Origin: Ramazzottius varieornatus
Taxonomy: Eukaryota > Animalia > Tardigrada
Assembly (NCBI GenBank): GCA_001949185.1
Contig: BDGG01000009.1
Location: 290,465 to 354,464 of the forward strand
Reading direction: 5' to 3'
DNA length: 64,000 nucleotides
The position numbers and the translations under genes were made by a program. This document shows, in pieces, positions 47,705-60,041 of the stretch (positions are counted from its first letter, which is position 1; every line of letters begins with the position of its first letter). Under the pieces are notes generated by a model. The model was not told the DNA's origin. It saw only the letters and a program-made list of their open reading frames with translations, and ran no database searches.

Positions 47705-48576
47705 CTTGACCTACGATACAAACAAGTACTCGTAGTAAGCAAAGACAGATCCGTGTCAAAGGGATGGAATGACGAAGTTACCGCAACAAGACAGAAAAAA
47801 TACCGGCAGCCTCGGAGAGTTTCGGTTCTAGACTTTGGGGCAGACAGATACAGCGTTGTATGCTTAAGCTTTGCAGCCAGATGTTTAATAAGGCAATTAA
47901 GAGTTGTATACGAATTTTGGATGATTTAGACGAGGAACCAAATCGTTTTTATACAATTCCGTAATTGACAGGTCACGGTAAGCCAAGTCAAACCCTGCCA
48001 CCATCCCCATCTCCATATCAGGGCGACAAACCCAATAGAACTGTAACGAACGAACTTGACTCATGGGAGTCCTGCGCTGGACATTCAATAGTCGTATTTT
48101 GAAATGCAATCAGTTGTGTAACTTCGACGTTATTTAATTTGAGTGAGGTTTGTAATTCGTTCGTAGATAGCGCGGTATTCTGGTCGAAACACTCGTCACC
48201 AACCATGAGCACGGCACACCTAGGCTGCTCCCTGCAACAGTCAGGCTACCGTCGAACCAATCTGGGATGGTTCACTGTCAAAGTGGACTTTGCCGCGCAA
48301 CGAAATACCGCGAGAGGCTCATTACAGATTGGGAGGAAGTTTTAGAGAACTCGGACTGTTCGACGCGGCGGAATTTCCCGACTTTATTGGCGTCGCACTT
48401 AACAAAATCGCAGGCAAATTGCAGAGCTGAAGCTGGAAGTAGTGTACTCAGGATAGAGTTGAAATTCAGGTCCGCCATTCTCGCATTAATATATTAAACC
48501 GGGTGGATGACAATACATAAACTGCGCATAAATCTATACTGAGCATTTGCATTATATGAGCAGAGGGGAATACAGT

Positions 48577-51065
48577 TTACGCAGCGCCCATCTTGGCGTG
48601 TTCTTTCAACGGGTAATGTTCAGGGTTGGAGCGGACAAAATCCATCATTTCCTTCCGTTGCTTCTGTAGGTGCCACGGAAGCTCGTCATAGACATCATTG
48701 AAAAGCTCCTCCGGCGAAGGTTTCTTCTTGTGCTCGGCACGCTGGAATGCCTGCATGACTTGCTTCTTAGCTTGGTCTTTCCACTGCGTCTCCTTCTCGT
48801 CGTTCCAGTAACCCTTCTGCGTGATGTATCGGCGGAAGCGAGCGATGGGATTATCCTCCTTGTCCCAGTGTTTCACCTACGCAAGTCAAGCCCAAAATGC
48901 CATATTTATCATTAAGATTGCTCCAGATTTCGGACCTCGGCAAACAGACCCGACCAGATCGTTTTCCTAAGTGGCGCACCCTTCCAGCCGATATCACTGA
49001 GCACATGCGCCACAATCTTGTCGACTTTGTGTGTTGTTTTCCTAAGTAGCGCACGTTCTCGGTGGTACTGGCCGGTAAGGTGCACCACTTGGGACAAACG
49101 ATCTGGTCGTGTTGGTTGGCGAAGCTTCCCATTATATTTTGGGAGAACTTCGAAAAGTTTACTAAGCGTTAGTTTTGCTGAATGAGCGGTCGGTGCATAC
49201 TTCGTCGACAGAGCGGTAAGCCGAACTATCGTCGGAAGTCGAGTGATGTCCAATGCGGTATGTCATAGCCTCGATAAGGACAGGACGATTTTGTTGCAGG
49301 CTTATGTCTCTGGCTGCTTTCGTCACGTTGTAGATGGCCAATGTATCATTTCCGTCGACACGAATCGTGGGAATGCCGTACCCGGGACCGCGCGAGGCAA
49401 TGCCGTCACCGCGAAACTGCTGGGATGTCGGTGTGGAGATGGCGTAGCCGTTATTGCGGCAGAAAAAGATGATGGGGCAATCCAACGTTGCCGAAAAGTT
49501 GAAGGCCGCATGGGCGTCACCTTCGCTGGCCGCACCTGTAATACACCGTCGAATACAAAGCTGTAAGTTGGGGGAATTTATCTTGGGCAATGGACGTCGG
49601 TAATGAACTGAGCATGATCGCTATTTCAAGTGGCGCACATGAATGTTGTTATAGGCCGAAAGTGTGCGCCACTCGCAAAAGCGATCATCGTCAAGTGATT
49701 TGCGGATGTCCCAATTTTGCCTTTTCCTTATGAATTCATCACGCACGGTATCGATGGGGTACTTGGTAGAAAAACGACAGAAAAACCACTGGAATGCTAA
49801 ATTACTCCCACGAATAGGTTTGAGATTTGGATTTACCGTCGCCGAAATAGCAGATGACAATTTGACCATTCTGAGCCCGTTTGTAGGCGTAAGCTGATCC
49901 CACGGCTTGGGGCATTTGGGTAGCCAAAGGACTGGAGACGGTGACAAAAGCCAGCTCTTTGGAACCATAATGGACCGGCATCTGCTTGCCCTTGCCCAGA
50001 TCTTCCTCATTGCCATAGCACTGATTCATGAACTGGTCCAACGTGAAACCTCTCCACATCAACACTCCGGCCTCCCTAGATAACAATCAAGTTTTCATTG
50101 TACAATCGAATAATTAAAGAACAACACCGTCGGATACCGGGATCGTAATACAGCTGACCACGCCTTTATCTGTGACCTTTGGGCCTACCTGTACTGGACG
50201 TAAGCCAGGTCCTTGTCGTCCAAGCCGGCTGCGCTGCCAATCAGTATTCCCTCCTCGCCAAAGTGCGTCATATAGAAAGAGATACGACCTTGACGCTGGG
50301 ACTCGTACAGAATGCGGTCCATGTAGTTGAGTAGCGTCATCTTTTGGTACATCTTGACCAGTGTCGGCTCGTCCAACTTGGGCTCTTGGGCTGCATCACG
50401 AATGAGGCCTTTGCGGTCCATGACGCGGTATACCGGAATACCCGGATAAGCTTCCGGCATCAGAAACTCCAGTTTTTCCGTCCATTCCGATCGCGAGCCG
50501 GGGAAACGAGGCTTATCGATGTCGATGGGCTCGATGGCTGGCGGTGGAGAAGCCTCCGCTACAAGACACAACAACGCGTCGTCAACTTGCGTACTGTTTT
50601 GCTATTGAAAACCAGAATTTGGAGTATGTAGGTTTTCTATTCATGCATTCTTGCACTGAGACACACACCACGATACAAACCAGACAGATAAACGCTGTTT
50701 GAGCTGTATCCATGTTACATTTCGGTCCTCACCGTCAATTATCACAGTAACCAACGGTCCGAATACCTTTGTATACAAACTAACCTTTCTGGATGAGGTC
50801 GTCCAGCTTCTTGTCCTCCAGCGGAATCTCTTTCTCTTGGACTTTGTGGGCGAACAGTCGGCTGTGGGTTAGTCGAGCAACAGGTGCATCCCGCATGCAT
50901 CGTTCCACTGCACCTGCATACAAACCAAGAAGCAATGCATCAGCTCAATCTCCTATTCAGTCAAAACAACGAGGGTGTACATGGTGAAGAGTTTCACTTA
51001 CAGGTATTAGTAACGTTCTGAATTCCGCGATAAAACGATGGGATCAAACGGAGACTGGTGCGCAT
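48577..51065 (-). CDS. BCKDHA: Branched-chain alpha-keto acid dehydrogenase E1 alpha
   Basis: [67 protein letters not shown]. Confidence 0.96.
48937..49122. repeat. Palindromic element copy 24, double core (BCKDHA intron)
   Basis: tcggcaaacagacccgaccagatcgttttcctaagtggcgca-N27-tgcgccac..aagtagcgcac..gtgcaccacttggg..cgatctggtcg. Confidence 0.92.
49596..49706. repeat. Palindromic element copy 25 (BCKDHA intron)
   Basis: catgatcgc..caagtggcgca-N27-tgcgccactcg..gcgatcat. Confidence 0.88.
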
Positions 51066-51796
51066 CTTCGATCGAAGGCAGAGTTTCAACAAGGTATTCC
51101 TCGACTTGCAGCGTTAGTTTTTGACCACCGATGGTTTTCGTCGCTAATAGGCCTACATATAGTCAAGACTTCAAACTCCCGCATCGGAGCAAATCGACAA
51201 CATCAGATCAAAATGGCAAGGAACGCAAAGCTGAAAAAGAAGTGAGAGCATGCTTCCGGCTACGATCAGCTGATTTTACGTATACAGGCTACTGAGGGTG
51301 ACGCCAGTAACCTCCCACCAGATGGCGTCCTTTGTGTAATCTTCGCGAGCAGAACCAGAACCTCGGAGTACTCTACCAGCGGGAATCAGAGCCACAGAAA
51401 ACTTGCACGTGATCATAGTAAAAGACATCTCGCGATGGCGACCGTGTGTCGATAACGAAGAATACGAGTTAACTCAAGTGAACGATAGGCCTTTATTGCT
51501 TGTGAAACTATCCATTGCCAGTTTCTACAGAAAACAGCTTGCGTTTGAGCAGGCTTCTGGCGCGGAAATTAAGTTGTGCTGTGCACTTGTCTAGAGCTTT
51601 AGCAGTTGCCATCAGCAAAAGAAGGAGATGATGATACTCGACGTTTAATAAAGTGTCACTCGGCAAAATCCACTTCACCAGTGATGGTCACGTTCCTCGG
51701 TCTTGAGGGGGTTCCTGGCTGGAAAGATGGGCTGCTGAACGAAAGCAGGATAGGCGCGTTATTATAGGGCTTCTTCATCAGTATCGGATGATTTCA

Positions 51797-54700
51797 CTAA
51801 AACTCGTAGGCTGGGCGTCGCACCAGCTGGTATTGCGGCCCTCGACGACAGAGGATCTGCTGCACCGGCTGGGAACCACCATGTGCCGTCGGAGGGTTCT
51901 TCCCCGAACAGAGGCTGAAGGCGGCGTAGATGAAGGGGTTAATGATGGCACTGCTCATTCCTGTAAGCCCGCAAAGAGGTCATCTCCACAGCGGTTGAGC
52001 GGAAGGAAGAACTGACGCACTTACCGAAACAGAAGATGAGATTGAGCGCCTCACTGCCAATACTCACTTGTAGAATGTAGCAGAACATGCCGACGTAGTA
52101 TGGAGCTGCGACGTAAGTCAAAACATCGGTTAGAAATATGTTAACACTCATAATACCGGGGGTACAACTCGGTTTCGCAGCGTACGGTTACCTGACCGTA
52201 AATCACTTCCTGTGCAGCTTTGGCGGTTCAGTATTTTTTGTTTGCCTGTAGTGGCAAGTTCTCTGTGACATGTAGCTGGTCACCGCTGGCTAAACACCAC
52301 GTACGGAATTAGAAATATTTTACAAGGTTCGAGGGCAAACTGCTCCCAACACATGTTCCAGGTCCCCCTCCACGCGCCAAGCGTTTCAACAGCTGGAAAA
52401 AAATTCAGAACAACTCACAATCAGTTCTTTACAACATTATATCTCCAGCGTCCAACTAGCGGTTGTCCAGTGGTCGGACAAAAAATCGCAAGTTACTCGT
52501 GGTGTTTCGACATATGGCGCAGCCCATGACGTCACGAACGATACTACCACTGGTGGCGCCGCCAAGGTGGCAAGAAGTAAATTCAATTTTTCAGATTTCT
52601 GTTTTACGCATTGCCTTTCTACGCATTTTACGCATTGCCCTGTCCCAGAAAGACTGAGCGAAGAACGATGAGTTTGTGGCTCATGTAACGTTCATGTTTG
52701 TGCAGCGCACAGATTAACGAAGCAGAGTGTTGTTTGTTTACATTGCAGCAAAACGAAATCGAAATAAGTGTAGCGAAAAATAAAATGAAATACATTGGCG
52801 TACCCCGGTCATGTGGCGGAACATTACGTTGGCATTGCGCAGTAACATTCGCAACTTCATGGGGGATCACCGTGATCGGTCTGTACACGCCTCTATCGTG
52901 CTTCCAGCCAGTTAAAAGGCTGCGAAACTCAGTTGTACCCCCGGTAATCTGCCAGCGTGAAATTGCCCGGTATTACAAGTGTTAAACAGCCACTCAAAAC
53001 GCGGAAGTCGACAAACGAATCCACCCAGATGGTTTCCGCAAGGGAGTCACTCTTCCAGTTCTACCGACTGAAAGGGTGCGCTACCTTGGAAAACGATCTT
53101 GTCGTATTTGAATGTTTTCCAAAGTGGCGCACACTCTCTGCCAAAACCCATGAAAACGTGCGCCACTTCAGACTGAGATCTGGGTGGAATTATTTGCTGA
53201 CATCCTATTATGAATTTGTATCGGTGATGCCTTCTATAAGTGGCAAGCTCATCTGTTTCTAAGGCATTATGTGTGATTCTGATCGACATTTACCCCAACA
53301 GACGATAAAGCACAGGACAAATACCACCGTCATCCAAAGTGTGGCTCTCCGTACTCGCGAATACAGTTCCTTCCGCACTGTTGAGTGTTGACTCAGGTAT
53401 TCTCCGGTTTCTGCAGACAGAGCAAAACGTTTACAGCTACAATTTCAAAAATACTTCTTTGTTATGCCACATGGCCAACATATTCTGCGAGATAGTGTAC
53501 CACCCACAGTACGAAAATTACATAGTCGCATGACACCGAACCTAATTTATGGAAAAACAATTACGTAGTCGCACAATTTCGATATTCGGAGGTTTCATCT
53601 ACATTTGGCGTACTTTGGTTTCCTTTATGCATATGTAGATCTGTGAAACCCATGGAAATACCTACTTCAGTTCAACTTCTCCGTTTGTGGCCAAGGATCG
53701 AGAAAACGAAACATAAAAATGCATGCCGCCGGCGAAAGCACGATGCAGGTGACCGCCAATTTTCATTCCCTACGTGACAGATCATCATCTCGTCATTACG
53801 TAATCGCTTCCCTGTCTTCCCTTTTCAATTTCGTAAGTCGAGGATGCTCAGTGAGGACTGCGCCCAAGGGTATAAAAGGTATTTCCGTGAAGGAAGTTAC
53901 TTGTCTCCCCTGCTTTCATCGTTCCCGGTTAATTTGAGGGAGGCGGATGTAAAAAGTCCGCCCGAATGATGAGCTTTCTTCCGTTGCGTGCTTGAGGAAT
54001 AGCTCTTACACATGACCGCACATTAGAAAGGTCACAATATTAATTCTATATTGTAGCTTGCTCGTTCTTTGCAGAGGTGTATATGTGGTTGGAAATGTCT
54101 AATTTCTAGTCGTCAGAGGGCATTTGCGTCAATTTGGCTTGAACATGATTTAGCACTATCGCATGGCCATCATACTGTCAGTATCAAAAACCCCTCAAAA
54201 GCCAATCAGGTTTGGAGATGGAATTCTGCCATTCGTTCTTGACTGGCTCCCGGTGCTGACAGTGTGGTGGCAATGCGATAGTGCAGAATTATATTCAAGC
54301 CAACTACCCCAAATGTTCTCTGACGTCAAGAAATTAAACATTTTCCAGTTATGCTCTGGTTCTGTGGCATTTAGCTAGGTTTTCGCCCTATTAATCATTC
54401 CGAAGACTGACTGCAACACAAGGTGGCCTCCAGTCGAGTCGTTTGACGCCCCACAGCTGGAAATGGAATCAGTCATATCGAGCAGGGAAGCATGGCTGCA
54501 GTACCATAAGCGTTTACAATAACGATGAACAGCGGGGCTGTCTTTTAAAATAGCACAAGCAAATGAGGCAATTAGGGTTATGTGGGTAACATTAGTGTCC
54601 AAATCAGGGACGTGATGACAGAGAGCTTGGACCTCGATTTAAGGTCCCTAACTTCAGCTTTCGTTTTGCTACTGATCTTACATATTTGTAGCTGGTCCGT

Positions 54701-57700
54701 TTGTCGACGTCGTACACGCCGCACACATCGCTACCACCTATAAAATTAGGGTGTTCTCGACTGGATTGTTACCCACCCTCTATACTAATTTTCCGTGGTT
54801 TAGCTTTCTGTTTGCTACCTTGGACAAATTTTCCGGCCTGGAATCTTTTTTACAAAAAGCCAGGATCGATACGGAACTAGGAAAGGTGGATAGCTGAAAT
54901 TGCACCCAACCTTCACAGTTTTTTAGGTCGTTTTCTGAAATCATTCTCTCAGTCTTCCTTTGAAGTCCAGCGTTACCGCTGCTTAAAACAATTAAACCAA
55001 AGACGGAGCTATGAAAAAATGGCTGATCTCATGATTGTGCCGTTCAGGACAGTCGGCAGAAATTTTTCGACAAAACGGCATTTCCCGGCAAAATGGCCGA
55101 ATTGCACGGTTGTAATTCGTTTACCGAGCTGGTTCGATATTCCTGCGGTCTTTCTCGCTGCTAACATAGAGTCCCGGCGGTTGTGAGCCTTTCTGAATTA
55201 GATTGGTAATGGAACTCGATTATGGAATTTTGCAGACTGCGTTTTACCCTCCTACCATACGTCTTCCTGACCAGAAGTCATACCAGTCGAATAGTTCAAG
55301 CTGTCTCTTGGTGAACCGAAGCACGCCATGGTTCAGTCGAAACAGCTTGAAAGGTTGTGCAAATGGCAAGTAGGGATGAGCAAAAAAACGGGCAAGCTAG
55401 ATTTTTTAACGTAGAAATGCCAGGTGGTAGCGATATGGCGTGAACGACAAAAGGGAGGCCAGCAAACGAGCAGTACATAATCGTCATATTAAGTGGCGCA
55501 CGCTTCTATTAATAACTTACAGTAGCGAGAACGTGCGCCACTTGATAAAAGGATGATGTAGGTTTCGTTTGTCGGTCTCCCGTTTGTCGGTTTCTATGTG
55601 TATCGGCGGTCCAATTGGGGGACAATTATTCACCGACCATTACGTACAGGAATAAAGTTTAAAGTCTTGTCATACTAAGGGTAAAGCTGAGGTGACAACG
55701 CAGTCTGCATATCAAACATCGAGGGACAGGAATCCGAGGTTTGCTTGGAGGTCTGATCAGTGGCCAGACGGCTGTGACAGAAAATGTAAACGGGTTTCAA
55801 TTTGTGTTGCAACATGTTTTGCGTCGGAATGAAATCATGCAGCGTAATAATGCAGATGCATCCGTTTAGACATCGAGCCCCCATGTGGAGGTATATCGGC
55901 TGGTATTCACCCCTGTAATTTGCGAGAATATCTTCCTGAAAGGGCAATCAGTTTTCTTAAGCTTTGAGCCGTGGCGAAGCGTGGCGAGCTTAGCATCCGA
56001 TGCCCCTAAATGTTCCTAAGAATTTCATGGCAGAAACGTTTGTCCCCAAATTAAATTGGGCCGCCGATACTCATATGAACTCATACCGGAACCGAGATGT
56101 TTGCCGTTCATGGGATCTATGAGCACTGAGCAGCCATGCGCCTTGTCATTGCACCCTGCAATCAGTCGTTGGCCGGATGGATGAGGCGCCGGAAGCGATG
56201 ACAAGTTTAGAATAATACCGAAGGGTAAATATTTCCTCTGTTGGTTGATCACTCGAGGATTTACGTCAATGGCCAATTAAGGTGCAGTGAAAGAGTACCT
56301 GATGCTTGTCGGGCTTCCTTTGTGATACGCATGAAGATGCTGATGTAGCAGAGAGCCATGACGAGTACCGGCAGGAAGAACATAATAATCACGGTTGTCA
56401 GACTATAGGCTAGTTCCTGCCATTGCTCCGTATACGCTCCGTGGGTGACGCACTGCTTGAAGTCGGCTTGGAAGGGCGCGGTCTCCGTGTGAAAAATCAC
56501 CGCCTGCGCAACATTAACAAGAAAACATTGCTCACAGTCGGAAGAGCTGAAAAAAGAGTCGTCCAGACACGTAAAATTCTCCGTTGTGTCTATCTACCTA
56601 ACTACTTTATTCCCGCGATATCTTCGCGAACCCCATTAATCGTAGCGCCACCTAATGGACGTACGTCATCCATACATACGTGCCCATCCGCCATGGGTAT
56701 CAGGCTTCGCGGACATATCGGGGGAATACAGTAACTATGCTTGCGTCTCCTGAGGATAGTTTTTACGCTGCTCATGCCACCACCATCATTCTCACCATCG
56801 AAGCCCCTTTGTCAAGGGTTTGGATTTCTGCTCGGAAAGACAAGTGGTTAGACTGAGGCCCAATCTCACTGCCTTATTCATCTATCGACCATAACACCCT
56901 TTGTATTCCATAGAACTTCTATTGAATTGTGTCAAAAGCTTCTGTGACGGTGTTGCGTCGTTTTGTTTCGTACCGGAAATGGTTTTTCTCATACATCAAG
57001 GGGAATAGTTCACACTTTGTTTTTCGCCACAAGCGAAGGGACAGCTGCTTGAATTACAGCAGATTATTTTTCCTTTCTTGAGGTCGTGATGTTTTGACGA
57101 AAGCCGTTGTTTTGATTTAGGATGCCTGTGGAAGTACACAAGAAGGACTCGACTGGCATGAGCAATTCGATTATCGTCATGTCAAGAAGCAATAACGATA
57201 GAAAGTCAACCAATTAGAGGTTGTTTGTCAAATCGAAAAAGCGGCATCCTGACTCTCCGCTTACTGTAATTCCGAAGCTTTCGACCAAGAAATCAAAAAG
57301 ACGATCGAGCAGAGTCAACTGGTTAGCGGGAAGGCCACTTATACGCACCCTATAAATTCTATAATAGCCCCGCAGTTTATTTTTCCCTGTCGAGTTGCAT
57401 GTAAGGATATGCTGTAATTGTGAAAGATAAAGTGGCATGCGGTCGTGCATACCTGTGGAGCGGCGCAGGCGAGAGCTGCAAGCCATGCAATGACGCTGAT
57501 GATGCGAACTCGGAGTACGCGTCCCTGAGAACAACTACGACTGAGCGGGAAAAGGACGGCAATACAGCGGTCAATACTAATTCCGGTCAGGATAAAAGTA
57601 CTGGCGTATAGTCTAGGAAAAAGCAACGCCGGCGTAACAATCCATTTCAGTGTCCTGTTTTGAAGGGAGGCTTCAGCAAATTTCACCTAGATCGTCATTT

Positions 57701-58801
57701 GAAGTGGCGCAATTTCTCATTGTCGTCAATTAGAAGCTGCGCCAGTTGGAAAGTAGTCTTGTTGGCTGGCGAACCTTCTCATTGTTATTAACGGAGAGTG
57801 TGCGCCACTTGTGAAAACGATCTGGGTTAATCGATGCCGGTGCCCTAAGTAGTGACGTAAACTTGACCGGAAGAAACAGCACACTTACGCGAACATCTGC
57901 ATGTACTTGTAGAAGCGGCATAAGCCATCACTGCCATTCCATTGTATCGTCACATTCCAGATGGCGTCCCCCAGGATGCAGAAAAAGGCAACGAAAATAT
58001 CGGCAATGGATAGCTGTCAACATAACATCGTCTAATGCAATATCACATCCCAGCTTCTTTCAACGCAACTTTGGAATTAATCTGATGACATTTTGTGAAA
58101 TTCTAAGCGCTTTGAAATCGTCAAACATTTGTCTTGATTCTCTGTTCAAACCCTGGATAAGAAAATGGCGATGAAGGCAATGTAGTTTGATTGAGCCACT
58201 TTACTCCTTCGTCAAAATTAGCTTTCTGTGCGCGAACCATGGGCGCGCTGACACAAAAAGGACAGATAATGGGATACGTGTCTCGGTAATCGGTGTTCAT
58301 AGCGCTTTTGAATTGGACCACTCCGTCTAACTTCTGAGCAGAAGTAAGAGATGTTACTAATAGAAATCAGCGCACTACACATCATATTCCCCTTCAGTCG
58401 ATCCTGTGGGGCAGTTTGATACACCACTGTTGCCTATTTGATACATCACTGCCCATATTTTCGTCGGCAATTATACAGTACAGGAGAAGCGAAGTACCAC
58501 TATTAGGCCAGACCAAACTTACTTGGAACAGCAATAACAAAACGTTAGATTTCCAGAACAACTTTTTGTATAATAAGATCATGACGGCAATGTTAGACGG
58601 TAAGGCAAAGATCGCCATGGTGAACAATCCAATAACGTACAAATTACGATAGTTGGAATATCCGGGTACATCCTCGTCCAGATAATTAAGCAAATCCTGT
58701 GTCGAGCCGCTCTTGTTGACCAGCTTTTCCATCTCGGCGACGGTCCGCCGCTCCGCGCTACCTCCCATTGACAGTCCACTTTTGCTTTTATAGAGGAACA
58801 T
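51797..58801 (-). CDS. Corazonin/GnRH-family receptor (GPCR), ~7 exons
   Basis: LSIADIFVAFFCILGDAIWNVTIQW, LYASTFILTGISIDRC, FKQCVTHGAYTEQWQE (corazonin-receptor-like ECL2), FIVCW..PYY, SAIINPFIY. Confidence 0.82.
52156..52944. mobile_element. Non-autonomous TIR transposon (TA TSD) in GPCR intron
   Basis: TIR ccgggggtacaactcggtttcgcagc / gctgcgaaactcagttgtacccccgg with flanking TA. Confidence 0.85.
53007..53200. repeat. Palindromic element copy 26, double core (corazonin-R intron)
   Basis: gtcgacaaacgaatccacccagat..aagtggcgca-N27-tgcgccactt..atctgggtggaattatttgctgac. Confidence 0.88.
55459..55575. repeat. Palindromic element copy 27 (corazonin-R intron; 33-bp spacer)
   Basis: cagcaaacg..aagtggcgca-N33-tgcgccactt..cgtttgtcgg. 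Confidence 0.85.
57672..57840. repeat. Palindromic element copy 28, double core (corazonin-R intron)
   Basis: agatcg..aagtggcgca..tgcgccagttg..tggcgaac..gtgcgccacttgtgaaaacgatctggg. Confidence 0.85.
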
Positions 58802-60041
58802 GAGTTAGGCGAACGGAGCCAGACCGTTCAGTTCAATCCGCGCGAAGGTGCCGTCAAACAGCGTAAATTATGGAGGAGATGGGAGGTTCTGAGGACCTTG
58901 AGGGGCTGCACAGGAGATATTAGATGATGCGGCCTCCATCGCGAAGGCTTCTTGGAGGTACGCAAGGAAAGAAGGGGGGACGACGCGTTGAAATTCAAGA
59001 CTTGTTGGCTTGATAGGCGGCAGGCCATGTTGACGCCATCTATAATGTAGCGTTCGTCCGCTCCGGTGTCACTTAACCACAGAGCAAAAGCCCTTTACTA
59101 CCCAGATATGTGGGTAACGCGCATCGCGCCAGCCGCTCATCATCTCGCTTACCGAATTGTACGCCTTCTTCCCCATCTTTTCCCGCCCCGTTGCGTCATT
59201 TGTAATTTTATACTGTGTCTCGTCTGGATTCCAGCACACGCACGTACAGCTGATGAGCTTGAGCTCACGCGAGCACAGGGATTTGGCGCTTTATACTGCT
59301 GTCTGATTGGTCTCAAAACAAGCAGTTTGAATGCAAGCTCCGCCAGTACAATAGTACTATGTACAGTATCTCGAGCGTTGTATAAGGTCGTACCTAAATG
59401 TTTCCCAAATGACCCGCGCCGACTGGTACAAACTGTGCAGTCTGTTCCTACCACATGGGCCTCTGGAAAGAACGGCGAGCCCGGAACCAGTACACACTTG
59501 CCCACTTACCGCTATTAATCTTACCCCATGAAAAGTCGGTTGGCTACATGAGCCGAGCAGTAATCTGAGAACCCACTTGATGTTTATGGGTTCATACCTC
59601 CACTCGCAGGATAAGCTGAAGAATTATAGAGAGAAAGCTCTCAGTGGAAAAACGCCAACCACCCTCCAGCTGATGTATTGTAGGAGGACGCTCGATACCG
59701 GAAACATGACGTTACTGCAGCACGTTCCATGTGTCGCGCTTTGTTGTACCATTTCTTTATTGTAGCATTAGGAACTTATGATTGTAGCTTTATTGTGAAG
59801 TTGCTCTGTTGTAGCATTGCTTTATTGTATTAATAGCATTTCTTTGTTGTGCCAAACAGGAAGTTGTCAACATGAGAGAAAATTAACCAAACATTTCTTA
59901 CTCATACAGATTACTGCAAGACCCATGTGTGGTTGTGTGGTGCCAACAATCAGCGCCAGGTATATAACCCACGTAGTTCGGGCACATGCCGATTTTGCAT
60001 CACACACGCATTAAGTCTTAGGGTTAGAATTCCACAAGAAA

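Noticed and set aside
2642-57840. Palindromic repeat with variable constant-length spacers read as a CRISPR array or integron attC sites
   Set aside because: Copies are dispersed in spliceosomal introns and not arrayed. Spacers share a degenerate consensus. No cas or integron integrase gene is present, and the context is eukaryotic.
58828-59518. ORFs upstream of the corazonin-receptor-like gene
   Set aside because: Not in frame with the receptor (an in-frame stop precedes its ATG) and no domain similarity; likely UTR or intergenic.
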